Shown here in pieces: positions 58,048 to 64,000 of a stretch of DNA of 64,000 nt. A program made the translations under genes and the position numbers. A model generated the notes under the pieces. It was not told where the DNA came from. It made no database searches and saw nothing but the letters and a program-made list of their open reading frames with translations. Source of the DNA: Deltaproteobacteria bacterium (lineage in GTDB: Bacteria > Desulfobacterota > Binatia > UTPRO1); the NCBI GenBank assembly GCA_020852955.1, contig JADYZW010000035.1:26024-90023 (forward strand), in the 5' to 3' direction. Each line of letters begins with the position of its first letter. Position 1 is the first letter of the stretch.

Positions 58048-61000
58048 CTACGGACAGCCGCCGAGGCTCGTGATCCAGTCCGCGAGGAGCGCGCTCCCCT
58101 CCGCATCCTCGATCAGGGTCGCGAGCGGCGGCATCTGCTGCTGGCCCCGCAGCGCCGCGCGCAGCCAGAGCACCGATTGCTCGGGGTGGCCCGGGCTCAC
58201 GATGCGCGCCCCGGGGACGCCGAGGTCGCCCGCCTGCGGCAGCGCGCCGCAGATGAACGTCGACGCGAGGGCGGTCTCCGCGAGGAGATTGATCTGCACC
58301 GGGGCGCCGCCCTGGGGGCGGTGGCAGTGACCGCAGTTGGCGTGCAGGTAGCTCCGCGCCCGCGCGTCGAGCGACGCGGTCGCGTCGCTCGGGTCGGCGA
58401 GGCGCGGCAGGCTCGCCGGACGCGCCGGGAGACAGCCGCCGAAGAGCCCCGCGAACTCGAACGCCCGCAGCTGGTTGTCGCTCACCCCGCCGTAGTCGTG
58501 GACGCGGTTCATCTGCGCGGTCTGGAGGCCGATGGCGCCGGCCGGGCTGTTGTGGCAGCGCACGCAGTCCCCCCGGCTCGGGAAGGAGTGCGTGTGGGCG
58601 ATCGGCGATCCGGGCTGCGCCGGATCCGTCACCTGGAACGTCGCGGTGGTCGCGCTGTCGAGGAGATAGGCCTCGGTCTGCGCGTCGTTCCACTGGTAGG
58701 TGTAGCCCTCCCAGCCGCCCGCGCGCCGCACCAGGAAGCGCGTCTCGAGCGCGCGCCTCGACGCCGGATTGCCGCGCTCGAGCTCGAGGTCGAACTCCTT
58801 CACGAGGATCGTTCCGACCGGCAGGCTCCAGCCGCCCGTCGCGGTGTACCCGATCGTGCCGTTCTCGGGCAGCGCCAGGAACCGGCGCTTGCCCGCGCCG
58901 TCCGACCAGAGGGGCGACTGTACGTCGTACGGGATCAGCTCCGGCGCGGGGCGGCGGGTCGCGAGATCGTCGAAGCAGCCGGTCGCGCTGAGCGTGAGCG
59001 GGAAGACGCCGTCCGGCGGCGCTCCGCCCGGCCGCCGCAGCCGCATGATCTGCCCGGAGCTCACGTTCGTCAGGTAGATCTCGCCGTCGCGATCTTCGCC
59101 GAAGCTCGAGAGGCCGAAGGCGTGGGTCGCGAGCGGCTGCACCGCGGGCGCGCCGCCGTCCCACCGCAGCGCCGAGATCTTCCCATTGCAGTAGTCGCCG
59201 AAGACGTAGGCGCCGTAGAGCTCGGGGAGCGCCGTCCCCCGGTAGACGACCCCGCCGATGACGGCGCACGCCCCGTTGCCGTGCCCGTAGGCCGCGAGCG
59301 GAGCCGTGAAGCCGGGCGACACGCAGCTCGACAGCGGATTGTAGCAGGCCGCGCCCTCCATCTTGCGCCACCCGTAGTTCGCGCCGCGCTCGATGACGTC
59401 GATCTCCTCCCAGGCATCCTGCCCGACGTCACCCACCCAGAGCGTGTGCGCCAGGCGATCGAAGGTCATGCGCCAGGGATTCCGCAGCCCGAGCGCCCAG
59501 ATCTCCCCGCGGGCGCCGGCGACGCCCACGAACGGATTGTCGGGCGGGATCGCGTAGGCGAGCCCGGGGTCGGCGTGATCGACGTCGAGGCGGAGGATCT
59601 TGCCGCGGAGATCGTTCGGGTTCTGCGCGTAGTCGTACGGATCGCCCCCGCTGCCGCCGTCGCCGAGCGGCACGTAGAGCATGCCGTCGGGCCCGAACCC
59701 GAGGTGACCGCCTTTGTGGTTCTCGAAGGGCTGCCCTACGGTGAGCACGACCTGGCCGCTCGCCGCAACGGCCACGTCGGGATCGGCGCTCACCTGGTAG
59801 CGCGCCACCACCGAGCGGCGCGGGTTCGATGCCGAATAGAAGACGTAGAAATAGCCGTTGGCCGCGTACGCGGGATGGAAGGCGAGGCCGAGGAGCCCTT
59901 CCTCGCCATTGGCGTACGTGAGGGCGGGGCTGAGGTCGAGGAAGGTTCCGGCCGAGGCGACGCCGTCGTCGTTCGCGAAGACCTTGATGCGGCCGGTCTG
60001 CTCGACCACGAAGAGGCGATCGCTGCCGTCGGGAGCGTAGGTGATCTGCACCGGGGCGTTGAAGGTGAGACCGGCGAACGCGCGCGCCACCTCGAGCGTC
60101 GGGAACTGCTCCGGCGAGCCGTCGAGCCGGCACGTCCCTCCCACCGGCCGTCCGGCGAGCCCGTGCGGCGCCGGATCCGCGTCGCACGCCCCGTTCGGCG
60201 TGAATGTCGGCGCCGGCGTCGACGTGCCCCCGTTGCCGGGTGTCGCCGTCCGCGTCGCCGTGCGGGTCGGCGTCGGCGTGCGGGTGGCCGTCGACGTCGG
60301 CGTCGGCGTCACGCTCGGAGTCGCCGTGCGGGTTGGGGTCGGCGTGCGGGTCGGGGTGACCGTTCGCGTCGCGGTCGCCGTCGGGGTGCGGGTGGCGGTC
60401 GGCGTCGGCGTCCGCGTCGGCACCGGGACGAATCCGGGGCAGAACGCGGGCACGCGCGAGCGCCCGATGCGCGCGAGCAACGCGTCGGCGCGCGGGTACA
60501 CGAAGGTCGTCGCCGCCGCGACCTCGCAACCGGCCGTGCGCGCGAGGCAGGCGCGCCACTCCCCGGCGTCGTCGAGGAACGCGATCCCGACGGTCGCGCA
60601 GAGGGCGCCGAGCGCGCCGGCATTGGCGCCGTCGGGGCTCGCCAGCAGCGCGAACGGCACTCTGGCCTCGCCGCACGCGCCGGCGACGGCGACCGCAGCC
60701 GGATCCACGACGGGAGCCTTCCGGAAGGCCGCGTCGCAGGTCGTCGCCGCCCGCCCCCAGCACGCATCGTCGCCGCCGGACGGGTCGCCGCAGGCGAAGA
60801 GCGCGCCGAGGCACCTGTCGTACGCGCCGCGCCACGCGTCCTGGTCGCGCGCGCCGTCCTTCAGCATCGCGGCCGTGCACGGCGCCGCCTGCCGGCCGAT
60901 CTCGCCGGCGGCGCCCGCTCGCGGCGCCGTCCAGTCGGGGAGGCAGCTCGACCCGACCGGCAGCGACGAGAGCGCCCCCGACGCGGCCAGCAGCCCGACC

Positions 61001-61548
61001 GTCCGGGGCACGGACGCGGCGATGGTCCACGCCCCCGAGCAGATCTGCGCGTCGGCGAGGCACGCGATCGCGTCGTCGACGTCGTCGACGAGGGGGCTCG
61101 GCGCCACCGCGCACCGGTCGACGACTCCCGCGAACCCTACGCCTTCGGCGGGGAGGAGGCTCGCGGCGTCGCAGCGTTTGCGGACGTTCGCGCGCAGCGC
61201 CGCCAGGAGCGTCGCCTGCTTCTCGTAGGACTGCCCGCAGGCCGCCGAGGCGCGGAAGACGCAGCCGGCATCGTCGGGCCGCCCCATGAGGCAGCGCACC
61301 AGCCCGCCCACGCACTTGCCCGCGTCGCGGTCGCGCGCCGCCGCGTAGCGGTCGGCGGCCGACGCGAGCGCCTTCTGGCACCGGAGCGCGGCCGCCAGCC
61401 GGGGGGCGACGGCGTACCCGGCCTCGCTCGGCGCGTCGGACGCCACCGACACCAGTAGGGCGACGACGACGCACGCGACGCGGCGTCGACGACGCCGCCC
61501 GGTCGGATGGAAGGGGAGATCGGGAGCCACGAGCATCGGTACCGGCAA
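58048..61548 (-). CDS. secreted multidomain PQQ-type sugar dehydrogenase with Cys-rich N-domain and C-terminal di-haem (2x CxxCH) domain
   Basis: A signal peptide precedes a roughly 330-aa domain with about 26 Cys, then a TPTRT linker. A GSDH-like propeller follows (GLLGLAFHP, ENHKGGHLGFGPDG, GLRNPWRMTFD, GDVGQDAWEEID), then a roughly 330-aa C-terminal domain containing CVRCH and CGHCH. Confidence 0.8.
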   Translation of the reverse strand: MPVPMLVAPDLPFHPTGRRRRRRVACVVVALLVSVASDAPSEAGYAVAPRLAAALRCQKALASAADRYAAARDRDAGKCVGGLVRCLMGRPDDAGCVFRASAACGQSYEKQATLLAALRANVRKRCDAASLLPAEGVGFAGVVDRCAVAPSPLVDDVDDAIACLADAQICSGAWTIAASVPRTVGLLAASGALSSLPVGSSCLPDWTAPRAGAAGEIGRQAAPCTAAMLKDGARDQDAWRGAYDRCLGALFACGDPSGGDDACWGRAATTCDAAFRKAPVVDPAAVAVAGACGEARVPFALLASPDGANAGALGALCATVGIAFLDDAGEWRACLARTAGCEVAAATTFVYPRADALLARIGRSRVPAFCPGFVPVPTRTPTPTATRTPTATATRTVTPTRTPTPTRTATPSVTPTPTSTATRTPTPTRTATRTATPGNGGTSTPAPTFTPNGACDADPAPHGLAGRPVGGTCRLDGSPEQFPTLEVARAFAGLTFNAPVQITYAPDGSDRLFVVEQTGRIKVFANDDGVASAGTFLDLSPALTYANGEEGLLGLAFHPAYAANGYFYVFYSASNPRRSVVARYQVSADPDVAVAASGQVVLTVGQPFENHKGGHLGFGPDGMLYVPLGDGGSGGDPYDYAQNPNDLRGKILRLDVDHADPGLAYAIPPDNPFVGVAGARGEIWALGLRNPWRMTFDRLAHTLWVGDVGQDAWEEIDVIERGANYGWRKMEGAACYNPLSSCVSPGFTAPLAAYGHGNGACAVIGGVVYRGTALPELYGAYVFGDYCNGKISALRWDGGAPAVQPLATHAFGLSSFGEDRDGEIYLTNVSSGQIMRLRRPGGAPPDGVFPLTLSATGCFDDLATRRPAPELIPYDVQSPLWSDGAGKRRFLALPENGTIGYTATGGWSLPVGTILVKEFDLELERGNPASRRALETRFLVRRAGGWEGYTYQWNDAQTEAYLLDSATTATFQVTDPAQPGSPIAHTHSFPSRGDCVRCHNSPAGAIGLQTAQMNRVHDYGGVSDNQLRAFEFAGLFGGCLPARPASLPRLADPSDATASLDARARSYLHANCGHCHRPQGGAPVQINLLAETALASTFICGALPQAGDLGVPGARIVSPGHPEQSVLWLRAALRGQQQMPPLATLIEDAEGSALLADWITSLGGCP
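60235..60440 (-). repeat. coding Pro/Thr-rich low-complexity repeat (TPTRT units)
   Basis: Encodes [63 protein letters not shown]. The nucleotide units resemble those at 18538 and 31935. Confidence 0.7.
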
Positions 61549-61681
61549 CGGCGGCGGATCGCGGCGGGGGGTCGCCGACGCGCGACGGTGGTATCGGGAA
61601 ATCCGCCGGGAAGCAATTCACCGGCGCCATACGGTCTGCGCGGGTCGGGCGTGCCGCGGCACGCCCGACCCGCGCCCCGTC

Positions 61682-64000
61682 TCAGGGGTTGCAGGCGATC
61701 TTCAGCGAATCGACGTCCGCCTTGCCGGCGCTGTCCTCGGTCCGGAGGCGGATCACCTTGCGCGTGAGGCGCCCGTTGCGGATCGGGATCCGCAGATACG
61801 CGGTCACGCAGTGGTCCTGGGTCGTGAGCGCGGTATGGTACTGGATCGTGTTGACGTGGTTCCCGAGCACGAGGTTCGAGCCGAGCGAGCGGAACAGCGT
61901 GCTCAGGTCGCGGCCGATCTTCGCGTCGTCCGGCTTCTTGCTGTCGGGCTTCGGGCTCTTGATCGTCAGCGCCTTCACGTCGGACGGGAAGCAGGCGCTT
62001 CCCTGCAGACGCGGGTCGTTGTTGTTGAGGCAGATCATGACGTGCGCCACGCAGCTGCCGTTGGTCGCGCCGTCGAAGTCCGTGCCGCCGCCGTCGTTGA
62101 TGACGAAGCTGTTCTGCTTGAGGGTCTTCTCGGTCAGCGGCGCATCCACGAAGAACTCGGTCGCGCAGTCGGTGGTGGGGCTCCCGCCGCCCGGCGCGCA
62201 GCGGCCGGGGGCGGCCTCGGTGCAGCCCGCGAAGGACGGATAGGTCTCGCGTGACGCCGCGTTCGCCACCACGTCCGCCGTGTAGAGGTAGGTGTCGTGA
62301 TAGCCGTTGCCGAGCCAGAGGTTCACCTGGTCGCCGAAGTGCGGCCGACCGACCACGCCGTCCTCGCCGCCGGGAATGACGTTCTTCGCCACGATGGCGC
62401 CGCTCGCCATCTCGACGACGCTCCGGCGGTTGGCGCCGCTGCCGAACGCCAGGCTCGTGGCCGAGGTCGGGCGCAGCCCGTAGTTCGCCACGTCCACCGT
62501 GAAGCGCGCGCCGTCGGACGGCATGCCGGGCGGGAAGCCGCCGGCCGGCTGGGGCGGGATGCTGTACGCGCCGCCGCCGGTGATGAACGTGCCGTTCATG
62601 TCGCCGTCGATGAAGCTGTTGAAGACGACGTAGTGGACCTTGCCCCACAGGTAGTCGTCGACGTTGGTGGAGTTCGCGAACGCCGAGGTGAAGCCGGCGC
62701 CCGAGAGCAGGTTCAGCGCGTCCTGGAGGCTCTTCACGAGGAGGATGTCGCGCTCCTCCTCGGCCGAGAGCGTCACGCTCGTATCGTCGAAGAAATTGAT
62801 CCCGGACGCGCCGACGCCCGTGAACGGCACGCGCGTCAGCAAGCGGTTGAGCCCGCGCAGGCCCTCGATCACGCCCTGGCGGTAGCCGATGCCGGCCGCC
62901 GCGAGCCGCGTGTCGAACGTGCGATCCATGAGGCGCCCGACCGCCACGTTGTAGAGGGTCGTCGCGACGCTGTCGACGAGCTCTTGCGGCGTCGGCGTGC
63001 CGGGGTCGCCCGGCGTATCGAAGCCCGCCGGCGCGTTGTACGTCCAGCTGGCGAGCCGATTGCGCGCGTCGAGGATCTTCGCGTTCACCAGGCCCGCGAG
63101 CTCCGGCGGCGCGCCGCCGAGACCCGCATGGTCGACGGCGTCGACGAAGTACGGCGCGAGACGCTTGCCTTCCATCTGGTTCACGTCGGCCTGCATGCGC
63201 TCCATGTCGGCCATCGAGATCACGCCGTCGCCGGCCGGAGTGCCCGGCGGCGTCGAGATGAGGTTCAACTCGCTCTTGATGAGCTCGGTGATGCGGGCTG
63301 CCCGGAACTCGTCGTAGCCGGGGCTCAGGTACGGGCCGGTGCCGGCGAGCGCCTCGTTCAGCGCGTCGTTGTCGGCCGTGTTGCCGACCGGATCGTTGTT
63401 GGCGTTCACCCACCAGTGCGCGGGCGGATTCTCGATCTGCGGCACCTCCGCCGCGGGCACGACCTCGTAAGGCACGGCCTGGTCGGCCGGTTGCGGACCG
63501 CCGAGCGTCTTCCACTCGTTGCCGGTGGTGCCGTCGCGCACCAGGTACGGCGGATTGCCGTGCACCGTACCCGCATCGAGATCCTCGCGGATCGGGAACT
63601 CGCCGCTCGCGAAGTACGCGATGTTGCCGAGGACGTCGGCGTAGCCCCAGTTCTGGGAGCCGAAGTCGAAGAACTGGAGCCCCTGCTTGAAGGTCGCGAG
63701 ATCGGTCGCCGTGTTCCAGACGTAGAAGGTATCGAGCTCGCGCGTCGCGTAGGTGCCCGTGAACTTGACGGTGAGCGCGCTCCCGACCTGATTCGCCTGG
63801 AACGGATTTCCCGGCGCCGCGGTGTGCGGGATGGTGAGCGTCTGCGGGAAGATCGCCCCGTGGCGCGTGACCACCATGCGACGCGGCGGCACGAAGTTCG
63901 CCAGGAGCTTGGTGGCGTCGAACGTGCCCTTCACCGAGGCGAGGGGCACCGACGACGCGAACGCGATCACCTGCCGCTCGAGCCCGCCGACCGCCTCGTT
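61682..64000 (-). CDS. penicillin acylase (amidase) family Ntn-hydrolase, 5'-truncated by window edge
   Basis: Over 760 aa that can be aligned to the penicillin amidase family, including the beta-subunit region. The ORF remains open to the end of the window, so the N-terminal part of the gene lies beyond coordinate 64000. Confidence 0.7.
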   Translation of the reverse strand, partial: NEAVGGLERQVIAFASSVPLASVKGTFDATKLLANFVPPRRMVVTRHGAIFPQTLTIPHTAAPGNPFQANQVGSALTVKFTGTYATRELDTFYVWNTATDLATFKQGLQFFDFGSQNWGYADVLGNIAYFASGEFPIREDLDAGTVHGNPPYLVRDGTTGNEWKTLGGPQPADQAVPYEVVPAAEVPQIENPPAHWWVNANNDPVGNTADNDALNEALAGTGPYLSPGYDEFRAARITELIKSELNLISTPPGTPAGDGVISMADMERMQADVNQMEGKRLAPYFVDAVDHAGLGGAPPELAGLVNAKILDARNRLASWTYNAPAGFDTPGDPGTPTPQELVDSVATTLYNVAVGRLMDRTFDTRLAAAGIGYRQGVIEGLRGLNRLLTRVPFTGVGASGINFFDDTSVTLSAEEERDILLVKSLQDALNLLSGAGFTSAFANSTNVDDYLWGKVHYVVFNSFIDGDMNGTFITGGGAYSIPPQPAGGFPPGMPSDGARFTVDVANYGLRPTSATSLAFGSGANRRSVVEMASGAIVAKNVIPGGEDGVVGRPHFGDQVNLWLGNGYHDTYLYTADVVANAASRETYPSFAGCTEAAPGRCAPGGGSPTTDCATEFFVDAPLTEKTLKQNSFVINDGGGTDFDGATNGSCVAHVMICLNNNDPRLQGSACFPSDVKALTIKSPKPDSKKPDDAKIGRDLSTLFRSLGSNLVLGNHVNTIQYHTALTTQDHCVTAYLRIPIRNGRLTRKVIRLRTEDSAGKADVDSLKIACNP

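Noticed and set aside
58177-61458. 1093-aa plus ORF antisense to the PQQ/haem protein, and 59429..61630 (-) 733-aa ORF
   Set aside because: Antisense or out-of-frame. The chosen frame has propeller and CxxCH signatures.

Overview
This is a 64 kb chromosomal segment with very high GC content, roughly 70% or more. The phylogenetic markers in the encoded proteins point to a Myxococcota-type deltaproteobacterium. These markers are 'Myxococcus cysteine-rich repeat' modules (CGDG...EECDDG), delta-60 repeats, and Pro/Thr-rich TPTRT linkers in three secreted proteins. Because the DNA is stop-codon-poor, every region carries long antisense and out-of-frame ORFs. I kept only frames with recognisable protein families and sensible gene spacing.

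Most of the window is conserved housekeeping or metabolic genes, read from protein motifs. These include an aldehyde dehydrogenase, glgP-type alpha-glucan phosphorylase, ftsH, metH, a class I fructose-bisphosphate aldolase (fbaB-like), recQ, mprF, yfbR, apaG, a peroxiredoxin, a quinone oxidoreductase, a GST, a PaaI thioesterase and a molybdopterin oxidoreductase.

Between them sit several accessory-looking elements:
(i) A five-gene minus-strand exopolysaccharide locus with ica/pga-like logic. It runs response regulator with a KaiC-like pseudo-ATPase and a GGDEF-like tail, then a TPR + beta-barrel exporter, a processive GT2 synthase, a 66-aa single-TM peptide and a polysaccharide deacetylase. 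A GAF-GGDEF diguanylate cyclase lies nearby.
(ii) A roughly 1200-aa secreted giant protein with glycine-rich beta-helix repeats, cysteine-rich repeats and an unrecognised tandem 'KCY...CYKI' domain.
(iii) Two paralogous PQQ-type sugar dehydrogenase beta-propellers. One is fused to a large Cys-rich N-domain and a C-terminal domain with two CxxCH haem-c motifs.
(iv) Two secreted proteins that share a tandem dockerin-like module.
(v) A FIST-rhodanese-esterase string, divergent from an alpha/beta-hydrolase + WYL-regulator pair.
(vi) A peroxiredoxin followed by a PAS histidine kinase, and a TerB-GST-thioesterase triad coupled by ATGA overlaps.

No rRNA, tRNA, CRISPR array or obvious insertion sequence was recognised by eye. 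All coordinates were derived from the supplied ORF track plus amino-acid offsets. Alternative or non-ATG starts are noted where they matter.
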